Source of the DNA: Rhodosorus marinus CCMP1338
Taxonomy: Eukaryota > Plantae > Rhodophyta
Assembly: GCA_029953675.1 (NCBI GenBank)
Contig: JAMWBK010000011.1
Location: 1,302,001 to 1,366,000, forward strand
Reading direction: 5' to 3'
Length of the DNA stretch: 64,000 nt
The position numbers were made by a program, and so were the translations under genes. Each line of letters begins with the position of its first letter. Positions within the stretch are counted from its first letter, which is position 1. Positions 1 to 11,991 of the stretch are shown in pieces. Under the pieces are notes generated by a model that worked only from the letters and a program-made list of their open reading frames with translations, made no database searches and was not told where the DNA came from.

Positions 1-361
1 TACCGATAACGTCAGCAACCTGTCTTGTACATATGGAAGATTGCGAAAGACATTCACTGCTTCATATTTTAGATCTGTATTGCAACAAACTCACCGCGCC
101 TAACGCCTCAACCTCACACTCGTCCAATCGTGCTAATCTAGCCTGTACTGCATGGAGTAGATCTATCAAGCTATCTTCGCGCCGATTCTTACTCCTCCGC
201 TGAAGATCTGAGGGCTGACCTCGACTTTGGTGGAGACTATAAATAGTGGCCTTCAGTCTCAACAAATCCTTCTCGTTGCCAACCGCTCTAAGAACGTAAG
301 AAGGACAAGAATACCTGAGAGTTATATACTACGAGCAGTGAACCGAGAACGACGAAAAAAA

Positions 362-1051
362 ATGGCCGCGAAGATGTTGATGATAGTCGCAGCAGCGATG
401 CTGGCGATGAGCGCGTTTGGCGCTCCCGTTAAGTTGAATGATGCAGAGAGAATGTTCAACTTCCCCTGCAGTGGACGTGCAACTTACAAGGTCCAAGTCG
501 ACTACCTCTGGACCGGAAGGACCCACCCCAACGCCTATCCTACTAACGGAAGGTTCTCCCCGACCGTCATTGCATCCCACGGAAAAGGATACACCCTCTG
601 GACACCAATGGGCTACTCCACAAAGGGAGTTCAGGAGATTGCCGAGCTTGGACACCCCTACACTCTTATCAACGAACTTCGTGCTCGAAACTTCCGCAAC
701 GTTTTCGACCGTAATATGACCGAGGACGAGACCGAGGACGGATCGGAGACCGTCGAGCTGTACATCGATGTCCAAGGTCGTCGTCCGTACGTATCTGGAA
801 TCAGTATGCTCGTACCGAGTCCCGACTGGTTCACCGGCTTTGACAACGTCAACCTGTGCGACGTCGAGAACGGCGAGTTCTTGGAGTACTACGAGCAGAA
901 CCTCAGCGTATGGGATGCTGGTACGGACGCTGGAGAGGACTTCCTCTCTGAGGACGAGAGGCAGAGGCCAAGAAACCCGATTGTTTCCATCCTGGGCAGC
1001 CGATTCGACGGCATCCCGGTTGGAACTGTCAAAATTACGAAGATGGCATAA
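362..1051 (+). CDS. Secreted spondin_N-domain protein, copy A (229 aa, intronless)
   Basis: Hydrophobic signal peptide MAAKMLMIVAAAMLAMSAFG; spondin_N motifs 'FSPTVIASH', 'SMLVPSPDWF.GF', 'WDAGTD.G'. The ATG at 362 matches copy B; the ORF-track start at 227 is a non-ATG extension. Confidence 0.9.
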   Translation: MAAKMLMIVAAAMLAMSAFGAPVKLNDAERMFNFPCSGRATYKVQVDYLWTGRTHPNAYPTNGRFSPTVIASHGKGYTLWTPMGYSTKGVQEIAELGHPYTLINELRARNFRNVFDRNMTEDETEDGSETVELYIDVQGRRPYVSGISMLVPSPDWFTGFDNVNLCDVENGEFLEYYEQNLSVWDAGTDAGEDFLSEDERQRPRNPIVSILGSRFDGIPVGTVKITKMA

Positions 1052-1942
1052 GAGCTGGTTCACCAGCACGGGTGTGGCTCTTGTATAAAACCCCTTTTAT
1101 ATACTTTTTGTAGAGACATGGACTTTGCAATATAACGCTATTGGCTTCCACAAGCGAAGCCGTCTCGTTGTTGTTTACCCGTTTGAATCTTCTTTCATGG
1201 AGCATGAATGGTAGAGGTGCATTTTTCCCATTCCCGGCTAAAACCCCGGGATAACCATTAAAATTCACTTCTTACCCAGCCAAATGTTGAACGGACGCCC
1301 TGGAATCCTCCCCTATTCTCCACCATATTCGCACTAAACCTGCAGCACTACCCCAGATTTCTTCTTCTCCACCTAAGGTGGGGCAAAACCTTTGGCTACT
1401 TGACCGAACTCTACCATTTTACTGAGCGAGTTGAAGAGTTGAAAACCGCAGCAAGGGCGAGTACTATCTAGTTGATGATGGATTTCGAATGCCTACTTTC
1501 TCCTCGAAGAAATGTGAGAGAATTTCCTTGTTTTTCACCGAACCTGCCGAAGCCGTAGCACACCTAATCGGCGTTGTGAACAGGTGGGGAATCCGTTCAC
1601 CCAACACGGACGTCTAGCTCGCGGCTGAACCCGCGAGAACTGTCAACAAATGGATCTCTTGTGCGAACAGAGTTACCCCTTTCTTTTGCTTCCCATCCAA
1701 CTTTAAGCAGAAAGTAATTACTCTGCCCACCACCGCTATCGAAGGAAGGGGGGCCGGTGTGGGGTCGACGACAGGGAGGAGCTCAGAGTTCATCTCTACA
1801 CGAGTCTGAGCAAGACCTGTCTGAACTGTAAGCGTCGGGGCACCTCATAAAGGACTGTAAAGAACAGAGGAGCACTGAATCAGCAGGACCAAGGTACAGC
1901 GCAGCATTAAGGAGAACAAGCGTTGACACCACCTTGTCAACG

Positions 1943-1975
1943 GACTCAGGGGCATCGGATCATATGGTCAACGAC
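1943..1975 (+). mobile_element. Possible Ty1/copia protease relic
   Basis: Reads DSGASDHMVND, resembling the copia 'DSGAS.HM' motif; short and isolated. Confidence 0.4.
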
Positions 1976-2160
1976 GTGAACAGGGTCGCAACTGCTGAAT
2001 GTCCGTTCGCAAATGTGAAACGCACGGGCTCCGTCTCCTCTAGCGTCTGGAAGCAGTTGACGTCGTTGACTATGTGCCCCGATGCCCCTGAATCCATAAA
2101 CGTGCGTCAACCGTCGTAACACCGGAGGCCCCTCTGCGACGTCGAGGGTCTCATATGCCT

Positions 2161-2385
2161 ACGAACTTAGATCTACGAAGTGGTTACTGGTAGATGCGTG
2201 TCGTCGAAGCCGACATTCCGAAGACGGCGTTCGTGTGCGACTTGGGCATTTCGAATGGAGGGTAGCACCCTTTGGGTTGACTTCGTTATCATCCTATTTT
2301 TCGAAAATGATGATTGAAGTACCGAAGGAGTTTCTGGGCAACTGCGTCGTGGTGTACCTGGTTGACATCCTAATATTCAGCGATG
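2161..2385 (+). mobile_element. Degenerate Ty3/gypsy reverse-transcriptase fragment
   Basis: Reads TNLDLRSGYW*MRVVEADIPKTAFVC/GHFEW and EFLGNCVVVYLVDILIFS, versus gypsy consensus KLDLRSGYWQIR..DIPKTAF..GHYEF and FVVVYLDDILIFS. It has an in-frame stop at 2191, a frameshift, and YLDD mutated to YLVD. Confidence 0.78.
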
Positions 2386-3097
2386 AGACCGTGTAAAGGA
2401 ACCTTACAAATTTTGCCCCTCCGCTTCCCGAAAGACTCAAAACGGTAAGAACCCCTGAACAAAACTAATCAAGCCTGGTATCACTTTTACCCAGAATTCG
2501 TTGCTTTACTCTTCTTCTACCTTCCCAAGTTCGGCCTAGAGCAAGCTAGTATGGTCTTCCGCGATTCAAACATAGTTGCAGCTACTTTTAAGTAACTCCA
2601 ATGCATCCTTCAGCGCGGTTCAAAGCTGGCAACGGCTATTACTAATTGTCTCTAAAATTCCCCCAATTCAAGGTCGACGACTGTACAAAATAACCTCAAA
2701 GTCCATCCGATACTACGCCTGGTTGCTAATAAAGCCCGTTACCCCAAGGGTAAGCCTAAAATCACAACACCTAAGTGCGGAAATGAAGAAATGTGGGGTA
2801 GTGCTGAAGGTTTAGTGCGAATATGGTGAAGAATAGGGGAGGATTCCAGGGCGTCCGTTCAACATTTGGCTGGGTAAGAAGTGAATTTTAATGGTTATCC
2901 CGGGGTTTTAGCCGGGAATGGGAAAAATGCACCTCTACCATTCATGCTCCATGAAAGAAGATTCAAACGGGTAAACAACAACGAGACGGCTTCGCTTGTG
3001 GAGGCCAATAGCGTTATATTGCAAAGTCCATGTCTCTACAAAAAGTATATAAAAGGGGTTTTATACAAGAGCCACACCCGTGCTGGTGAACCAGCTC

Positions 3098-3787
3098 TTA
3101 TGCCATCTTCGTAATTTTGACAGTTCCAACCGGGATGCCGTCGAATCGGCTGCCCAGGATGGAAACAATCGGGTTTCTTGGCCTCTGCCTCTCGTCCTCA
3201 GAGAGGAAGTCCTCTCCAGCGTCCGTACCAGCATCCCATACGCTGAGGTTCTGCTCGTAGTACTCCAAGAACTCGCCGTTCTCGACGTCGCACAGGTTGA
3301 CGTTGTCAAAGCCGGTGAACCAGTCGGGACTCGGTACGAGCATACTGATTCCAGATACGTACGGACGACGACCTTGGACATCGATGTACAGCTCGACGGT
3401 CTCCGATCCGTCCTCGGTCTCGTCCTCGGTCATATTACGGTCGAAAACGTTGCGGAAGTTTCGAGCACGAAGTTCGTTGATAAGAGTGTAGGGGTGTCCA
3501 AGCTCGGCAATCTCCTGAACTCCCTTTGTGGAGTAGCCCATTGGTGTCCAGAGGGTGTATCCCTTTCCGTGGGATGCAATGACGGTCGGGGAGAACCTTC
3601 CGTTAGTAGGATAGGCGTTGGGGTGGGTCCTTCCGGTCCAGAGGTAGTCGACTTGGACCTTGTAAGTTGCACGTCCACTGCAGGGGAAGTTGAACATTCT
3701 CTCTGCATCATTCAACTTAACGGGAGCGCCAAACGCGCTCATCGCCAGCATCGCTGCTGCGACTATCATCAACATCTTCGCGGCCAT
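3098..3787 (-). CDS. Secreted spondin_N-domain protein, copy B (229 aa, protein identical to copy A)
   Basis: ORF track translation is identical to copy A; I found one synonymous difference in the CDS (gga aaa gga vs gga aag gga). Confidence 0.9.
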   Translation of the reverse strand: MAAKMLMIVAAAMLAMSAFGAPVKLNDAERMFNFPCSGRATYKVQVDYLWTGRTHPNAYPTNGRFSPTVIASHGKGYTLWTPMGYSTKGVQEIAELGHPYTLINELRARNFRNVFDRNMTEDETEDGSETVELYIDVQGRRPYVSGISMLVPSPDWFTGFDNVNLCDVENGEFLEYYEQNLSVWDAGTDAGEDFLSEDERQRPRNPIVSILGSRFDGIPVGTVKITKMA

Positions 3788-5744
3788 TTTTTTCGTCTTT
3801 CTCAGTTCACTGCTCGTAGTATATAGCTCTCAAATATTCTTGTCCTTCTTACGTTCTTAGAGCGGTTGGCAACGAGAAGGATTTGTTGAGACTGAAGGCC
3901 ACTATTTATAGTCTCCACCAAGGTCGAGGTCAGCCCTTAAATCTTCAGCGGAGGAGTAAGAATCGGCGAGAAGATAGCTTGATAGATCTACTCCACGCAG
4001 TACAGGCTGGATTAGCACGATTGGACCAGTGTGAGGTTGATGCGTTAGGCGCGGTGAGTTTGTTGCAATACAGATCTAAAATATGAAGCAGTGAATGTCT
4101 TTCGCAATCTTCCATATGTACAAGACAAGTTGCTGACGTTATCGGTACTCTGCGCTTTTTTGGTAGAGACTACTTAGCACGAACATCTCCGATCTCGCCC
4201 TTTTGCTCAATGGGCCACGTTGAAGAAACGTCTCCTTCAACCCATGAGGAAGAGCTTTTCGCCGTAGATCCGAATACTCGTCTCCGTCTCACTCCGAACC
4301 CAGAGAGACTTTGTGCTTACTGACGGCTACGTAGTTTCGCGAATGGGGCTACAAGGATTCCCCTCTCTTTTTATCTGTGGTAAGTCTAAGATTGTGGAGC
4401 TGGCTTTGTAAACGGTTGACTTATGTTGGGAACTGGTGGTTTTACTAAGTAAATTCAATTCAAAAAGAAATCAAACGCAGTTATCTACATTCGACAGAAA
4501 GAATTTCTCCAACTTTTTGCGAATCGGGACTTGTCCTCTCCCTGGGGAAGAAGGCGCCAGCGGTCCGGACTCAACCCTTTAGTACGTTGCCCGAGGATTA
4601 GTGGAACTATATCGGTGCCCCTACATTCAAGAATAAAAATCTGACACTGCTCGTGTTTGGAACAGCGAAAAAGTGAAATGGCCCTTCTCTCTTGAACCTG
4701 CAGAAGAATCATCCACAAAGAGTTTGGTGGGTCGGCAAGGACTCACATATCCAGTAAAACCAATTCGGTTCTGACTGTAAGCACAAAGCTATCTTCTTAG
4801 ACGACGCGTGTCAGACACGTCGGAACATACAATAGCACAAGTCTTTCGGTGATCGTCACCTAGAAAGTCCTCTGAAAGACGATCGAATACAAGATTACGC
4901 GTCAGCGAGAAAGTGATTTCTCCGCCTATTTTCTAAGCAACCTATATAGCATCAACCTCGGTCTGGGTTCGAAGTTCACACGACGAATCTCAATATACAT
5001 CTTCTCAAGGGATGTGTACAATCTAAAAATAAACCAAAAAACGTAAACCGACAAGATAGCTCCTCGTCACCCGCCAATGAAACTCGAGATTGAACGCCGT
5101 GAACGCCCTAACCAAACCGCACCGGTTAGTTATGTCCCACGAGACTCTATGGTAAAAATATTTCTGCCCATAAACCTCTTGTTTGTTTCCGCAAAAAGAC
5201 TTTTACGTCAAGCGTTTATATGCGATATTTGTAGCGATTATACTATTGAGGAGGTAGACTAGAAATGGGACAACAGGTGGTACAGGCGTAGAAACCGCTG
5301 ACGCGTGAAAAATATTGTGCCCAAATTCCTAACAACAAGAGTTTTATTCCCTTTCAATTCCTCACTTGAAGTACAGAAAGCAGGGTCCATTTTCTAGTTC
5401 CGCACTAAGCCCATTTAATGCAAAAAACCCTAAAGCTTTGTCATGCTCTATTCAAAAACTAGAATCTCCGCCGTTCTGGTTTCCATCAAAAGCTTTGATT
5501 ATCAACCCGAAGAGGTGATTGATGGTCTCATGCGACAAAACCGACAGCAAAGGTCCGACGAAGCTTGGTCAAGCTTCGATCCTTTTACGCTAGAACGTGC
5601 CTCTCCCACTGATGGTGTCACCAGATCCACTGTCATATTAGCCTCGGCACGGAGCCACAGCATGCATGAGTTTCGACCTCAAAATGAGAAAATTTGATAT
5701 CATGCTCAGTAGCGGAAGTGGAATGTCGGCAAGCAAGAAGTTTC

Positions 5745-7503
5745 TCGGAGACGAGTTCGGATTTAGGGCGAAAAGCTTTTGCTCGTGGGTTGAAGGAGAC
5801 GTTTCTTCAGCGTGTTTCGTTGAGCAAAATCACGAGATCACGGAGACTTTCGTGCAAAGTGGACTCTACCTAAAAATCAAAGGTACCAATAACGTCAGCA
5901 ACTTGTCTTGTACATATGGAAGATCGCGGTAGACGTTCACTGCTTCATACTCTAGATCTGTATTGGAACAAACTCACCGCGCCTAACGCATCAACCTGAC
6001 ACTGGTCCAATCATGCTAATCCAGCCTGTACTGCATAAGGTAGATCTATCAAGCTATCTTCGCGCCGATTCTCACTCCTCCGCTGAAGATCTGAGGGCTG
6101 AGCCCGACCTTGGTGGGGACTATAAATAGTGGCCTTCAGTCTCAACAAATCCTTCTCGTTGCCAACTGCTCTAAGAACGTAAGAAGGACAAGAATACCTG
6201 AGAGCTATATATACTACGAGCAGTGAACTGAGAAAGACGAAAAAAAATGGCCGCGAAGATGTTGATGATAGTCGCAGCAGCGATGCTGGCGATGAGCGCG
6301 TTTTGGCGCTCCCGTTAAGTTGAATGATGCAGAGAGAATGTTCAACTTCCCCTGCAGTGGACGTGCAACTTACAAGGTCCAAGTCGACTACCTCTGGACC
6401 GGAAGGACCCACCCCAACGCCTATCCCACTAACGGAAGGTTCTCCCCGACCGTCATTGCATCCCATGGAAAGGGATACACCATCTGGACACCAATGGGCT
6501 ACTCCACAAAGGGAGTTCAGGAGATTGCCGAGCTTGGACACCCCTACACTCTTATCAACGAACTTCGTGCTCGAAACTTCCGCAACGTTTTCGACCGTAA
6601 TATGACCGAGGACGAGACCGAGGACGGATCGGAGACCGTCGAGCTGTACATCGATGTCCAAGGTCGTCGTCCGTACGTATCTGGAATCAGCATGCTCGAA
6701 CCGAGTCCCGACTGGTTCACCGGCTTCGACAACGTCAACCTGTGCGACGTCGAGAACGGCGAGTTCTTGGAGTACTACGAGCAGAACCTCAGCGTATGGG
6801 ATGCTGGTACGGACGCTGGAGAGGACTTCCTCTCTGAGGACGAGAGACAGAGGCCAAGAAACCCGATTGTTTCCATCCTGGGCAGCCGATTCGACGGCAT
6901 CCCGGTTGGAACTGTCAAAATTACGAAGATGGCATAAGAGCTGGTACACCAGCAAGGGTGTGGCTCTTGTATAAAACCCCTTTTATATACTTTTTGTAGA
7001 GACATGGACTTTGCAATATAGCGCTATTGGCCTCCACAAGCGAAGCCGTCTCGTCGTTGTTTACCCGTTTGAATCTTCTTTCATGGAGCATGAATGGTAG
7101 AGGTGCATTTTCTCGTTCCCCACCCAAAATCTAGGATAACCATTAAAACTCACTTCCCACCAAGCCAAATGTCTACGGACACCCTGAAATCACCCATTCT
7201 TCTCCAGTTGCGCTCCAAACCCGCAATAGACCACCCAGTTTTCTTCTTCTCCACCTAGGGCGGGCCAAAACCTTTGGCTACTTGACCGAACTCTACCACT
7301 TCACTCAGCGAGTTGAAGAGTTTTGAAAACCGCCAGCAAGTGCGAGTACTATCTAGTTGATGAACGCTTACTCTCTCCTCGAAGAAATGTGAGGGAGTTT
7401 CATTGTTTTTCACCAAACCTGTCAAAACTGTGCAGCCTTTTTAACGCCGTTCTGAATGCGGGGGGTATTCATTCACCCAATATTGGCTTCGAGCTCGCGG
7501 CTG
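5745..7503 (+). repeat. Third copy of the spondin unit: direct repeat of 1-~1627 (offset ~5883) and inverted repeat of ~2770-4290
   Basis: 5884 'taccaataacgtcagcaacttg' matches position 1; 7261-7503 matches 1381-1627; 5745-5884 is the reverse complement of 4147-4290. Confidence 0.95.
6247..6937 (+). pseudogene. Spondin_N copy C with a +1 frameshift after the signal peptide (pseudogene or consensus error)
   Basis: 691 bp versus 690 bp; 'gcg tttt ggc' at 6301-6304 versus 'gcg ttt ggc' in A/B. It also has L>I and V>E (MLEPSPDWF) substitutions plus several synonymous changes. Confidence 0.8.
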
Positions 7504-8324
7504 ACGGAAAGCGTTATTGGAGTTGGTCGTTGATTCAGGCTACTGGGCATTTAACTCCGACGGGAGAGCTATCCTAATCCTGTGAAGTCACCTTCAACTT
7601 CGGGCTCAACTGAGTATCACCTGAAAGAAAATTTAAACCGAATCTGCCTACATTCCATTTGTATATCATGTCAACGTCGACCGCGTTCGCTTCTCGCTCT
7701 GTTTTATGGATCCTTGGTTGGAGCAAGGATGCACCTTATACAATTCTTCTCGTCAGAATCATGACTGTCAACTCCCGGAGCTTGAAGATGGAGCCAACTT
7801 TTGTGCATGTGTCCGGGGCTGCTGTTCGTTTCGGTTTTCTTGCTTGGAATAGCTGAAGTGACTCCGGCACCCTCCCTGACTTTCCAGAATCATGCAGCCC
7901 ACTAGATTGTGCTTGAGATAGACAGACATTGTTGTTAGCTAAGGTGATGACAGAATGAACTTACGACAAAGGCGCAACACTGTGTGTTTGACGTGATAGA
8001 AAAGCGGCTATGAAAACTGCGATGACAGTCGCAATGCACAGCACGTGACCTGTCCTCACAATCGAGTCCTTAGAGACTCCGACATGAATAATATTGCGCG
8101 CCGAAGCTGGCTCGTCATGCTCCTGTACCTTCTGGAATCTCTTTTCCGCTGGACTCCATCGAAAGTTTTCTCCGCGTAGTCCCGCATCGCTGACTTCACC
8201 GCATGGAAGCTAAAGTGACCGCCGTTGAAAAGTGAGTTCAACGCTGATATCTCGTTCGATTTGCGAAAAGGATTGGTCGGTGATACGGCTTGTGAAACTG
8301 TTTAGGCTGTACAAACCGGCGTCT

Positions 8325-9577
8325 ATGGTTCACTTGCCGACCTTTGTTGCGCCGGGGTTTAATGGTCCTGGCGTGCGAAAGCTTAGTACAATGCATATTA
8401 GTAGCGGGTCACGGCCCGTGTTGAAGTTTGGCGTGGTAGCTGACGTTCAGGTAGTGCAGGCCTCACAAACTTAACGAGAATATTCCTGTGCTTTGGCTGA
8501 CTGTTTCCTGTTCGCTTCGATTACAAAGTATGCGGACAAGGATGATCTCGTGAAAGAAAAGCCCCGAGAAGATGGCTCCAAGAGGGTGATGTTCTACCGG
8601 TCCTCACTGGACAAACTCCGGCGGGCCGTGGAGGATTTTAACAGACGCGATGTTGAGTTTGTTGTGCAGCTGGGTGATCTAATTGACGGCAACGTCTCCC
8701 AAGACCTCTCGGAGAAAGATCTGGGCACGGCGCTTGCCGCAACGGAGGAACTGGATGTAAATTTGTACCATGTTATTGGAAACCATTGCCGCTCGGTTTC
8801 GCTTCCTCACCTCCTGGCGGAGCTGCGGCTTGAGAAAGGATTCTACAGCGAGGTAGTAGCGAAAGGATGGCGACTTATTGTTCTCAACGCGGCAGACATA
8901 TTCAGAGGCGCAGTGGATGCCAACCACTCCGACCGGTCTGCGCTTAAAGCAATGTGCGACGAATACAACACTGTGGACGTGCCATGGGCGGGCGGAATCA
9001 GCGATGAACAGATGCAATGGTTTGACAACCAGCTGAGGATTTGCGCCCAGCAGCGGCAGAGGGCCATCATTTGCAGTCACTACCCGACCTGGGACGAGGC
9101 TGCCAGAGATACCCACACGATCGTCAATGCCCCGGCCGTATTGGAGATACTTGATCGGTAAAGAGTCTCCACTTATCCCAAGTGCAAAGATCACCTGGAC
9201 CAGCTTACATATCCGTGTCGTTCCATCCTTTAACTCAAGGTATCCGGGCGTTGTGGTCGCTTGGTTTAGCGGGCATGGTGAGTGTGATTACCGCCATCCA
9301 TCAGTATGCTCCCTCACAGAGCAAGGGAGTACCTCGCATGCGACTAACACAGATATTGTTCAACATAGACCATCTCGGAGGGTATTCGATCAGGAAAGGA
9401 GTCCATCACGTAACGTTTGAAGCTGTCGTGGAGAGCAGAGCCGATACTGCGCATGGGTTTGTCGGCATTTTCGAGGACGGATCGATTAGTATAGAAGGCC
9501 TAGGTGCAGTCTCATCTCGGGAACTCCGTGTCGAGGAAACTACCGGAGTTCCCCCAGTGTCTGGAGAAACCTCCTGA
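8325..9577 (+). CDS. ADPRM: Mn-dependent ADP-ribose/CDP-alcohol diphosphatase-like metallophosphoesterase (4 exons)
   Basis: Spliced motifs FGVVADVQ|YAD (intron 8451-8528), VVQLGDLIDG, HVIGNHC, IICSHYP, AWFSGH|DHLGGY; N-terminal extension resembles a transit peptide. Confidence 0.85.
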
Positions 9578-10406
9578 TCATCAATTCTATGCCGGCTATG
9601 AACCTATTGTCGATGTACTTCTTAGCCGCTGCCCAGCCGAAAGGTCACAAGATACCATCGCGCTACCCCGAAAACGGGCTCGAAAGATGGAGCACGATCT
9701 CAAACCAAGTACGGCCTTACAAAGTGACCTTTGTATGTAGTATTTTATGGATAAAGAAAAACACCACCTAGTATTAAACAAGTTGCGAAGCTTCTTGGAT
9801 CGGTCAGGTACAGAGCTAATGCCAAGAAGATAGTGCAAACTAGAGAATATCCCTCGGCCGTTGCATTGACTCTCATCAATTTCTTCTGGTCAGTACGAAC
9901 TCTAGGATGTTGCATGGACAGCCTCGTCTAAGCGGATGTTCAACCAAAACAGTTCTCCCCATGGCCAGCCCTGTCACGTCACAGCTGTCCAAGCAACGTG
10001 GTTATGAGGGCCTCAACTGATTCCTATATTGAATGAACGATGAAAGGAGCATAGATAAGGCGCGCCTGTTTTCGCGGATTGGCGGCTGTAGACAAGTTGC
10101 AACACTCCACTGATCTTGAGCTACACAACCACCAAACTCCATTAAGGTCAACACTAAACTCAAAGTAGACATTCGATCAAGGGTATCGTTTTGTACAACC
10201 GTGCCCGCCCCCACCAACGAGACTGCTCACATGGCCAGGTAGATACCATTCGTCTAAAACCCTTGAGGGGAAGGGACAAGCTGTCCCAGCAAAACTCTGC
10301 TCGAAGAGCTTGGTAGATGGTGGATTTGAATGAGGAGTATGTTGGGCGAGCAGGAGGTCCAATGCTTTTATCTTGTGGTCTCGGTTTGTAGATAGTGTCC
10401 TTGAAG

Positions 10407-11705
10407 ATGGCTATGAGGAGTAGAACCGCTCTGTTTGTCAGATTTAGGGAAGATGCGAGAAGGTCGTTTGCTGGTAAGGTCCAGAAAACGGGGGAAGGGC
10501 ACGGTGGTACTGGCGATGGGCTTGTTGAACTTGAGCTGGTAGATTTGGATAGTCGACCGGAGTTTATAACGCTTCACGATCAGCTTAGAAAGCATCTGGA
10601 TATTGTTGATAAACGCGTTCAGAGACTAACTGACCTACACGCGAAAAGGCTGCTGCCTGTAAGAAGATCCTGCATGCAAGATTTCGCGAAGGAGTTCTGA
10701 ACTTGCGAGAAATCTCACTTTACAGGGTTTTGCGGAGGAAAATGCTGACGAGCAAGATGAAGAAATCCAAGATGAAGCTGAGAGAATTACCAAGGAAATA
10801 CATGCTTGCGAGTACGACTTTTTGCAGCTTTCGGGCTTTCGCCGGCGTCGGTTACTGATTCTCTTGTAACTTGGTCCATAGGGTTGCAGTCAGGAGAATA
10901 CCAGCGTCGTCAGACAATCGAGTGTGGGCGAGCATGCAGAAGACTTTTGCTGCAGACTTGCAGAACGTAACGCTGAAATTTCGCACGCAACAAAAGCATT
11001 ATTTAAGGAATCTGGAGGTAAAGTTTGAAACGAGATCCACCCGATCGAAGCTTTTATGGCTGATGAAAATGCACGACTAATGAGCACGTTCGGTACCATG
11101 TCTCCTATAGAAACAAAGAGATCTCGTCAATAGCGCTTTGATCCAACAGAAAAACTCGCAGCTGGTTATGTTGGATGATGACCCGACTGAGAACGTGAAT
11201 GGTGGATTTTCACAGGAACAGTTGCTGGAAGTACGCCCCCTTCTTTGATGTATCCGCCAGACGTTGTGTGACTTTCCTTGTGTTGAAATATCCACCCATC
11301 CGCCTCTCAGGTCCAACAAGTCGATTTGCATCTCGACGAGCGCAACCAGGAAATAGACCGTATCGCCGCCTCAATTCAAGACCTCGCCACGGTCATGAAA
11401 GATATGAGCCAGCTGGTTATCGAGCAGGGAACAGTATTGGACAGGATCGACTACAACATTGAGGAATCCCAGTTCAAGACTCAGGAAGCCACTGAGCAAC
11501 TTCGACAGGCAGAGAGGTATCAACGACGTGGGTATGTAGTGACCGGCACCAGTAGGAACTTGACATCAACTCTTTGGGATCACCAGTCTGACCAATGCTG
11601 ACTCAACATGGCTCCACTATCAGGATATCCTTTGCAATCGTCATGTGCCTCCTTTTGGGCTGTTTCATCATGGGTATTATTGTAATCCTGAAACTTTTCT
11701 CCTAA
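10407..11705 (+). CDS. STX16: Syntaxin-16/SYP4/Tlg2 Qa-SNARE (multi-exon)
   Basis: N-terminal MAMRSRTALF peptide; SNARE motif 'ASIQDLATVMKDMSQLVIEQGTVLDRIDYNIE'; C-terminal TM 'ISFAIVMCLLLGCFIMGIIVILKLFS*'. Confidence 0.9.
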
Positions 11706-11991
11706 CGACCAGACAATCTTCGAAAGCATGGCCAAGTTGAACATAAACGCCGATCAACGGTCACGGTTTATTTATTCCATATATGAGCTGCGGTTGACAA
11801 CACAAGTTCCGTTGAACTAAACATATTAAATACTTGCAAATAACTTCTGGTAAACGAACCACATTGTAACTGCCAGATCTTTTCGAAAGCACTAGACAAG
11901 GCTGTAGGGAGTATCCACAACTTGAACCACAGCCTTGCGCCAGTCTTGAGGTTTTTGTCCCTGTGGGTTCGATTGAATGGCTCTCCACGCT

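Larger units (their letters stand above)
1..4147. repeat. Large inverted repeat (quasi-palindrome): arms ~1-1380 and ~2768-4147, spacer ~1.39 kb; each arm carries a spondin gene, tail-to-tail
   Basis: Start 'taccgataacgtcagcaac' is the reverse complement of 4129-4147; ATG 362 pairs with 3787 and stop 1051 with 3098; mirrored ORFs 1035-1268(-) and 2881-3114(+) translate identically. The left arm may extend beyond the window. Confidence 0.97.

Noticed and set aside
1-4147. Palindrome as a pure assembly fold-back artefact
   Set aside because: The arms differ at multiple positions, several B alleles are shared with the independent copy C, and there is a unique 1.39-kb spacer. Read-level confirmation is still advisable.
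329-6955. Long antisense ORFs (246, 248 and 314 aa) opposite the three spondin genes
   Set aside because: Mirror-frame shadows of a coding strand with biased codon use; non-ATG or variable starts, no recognisable motifs, and conservation explained by the duplication itself.
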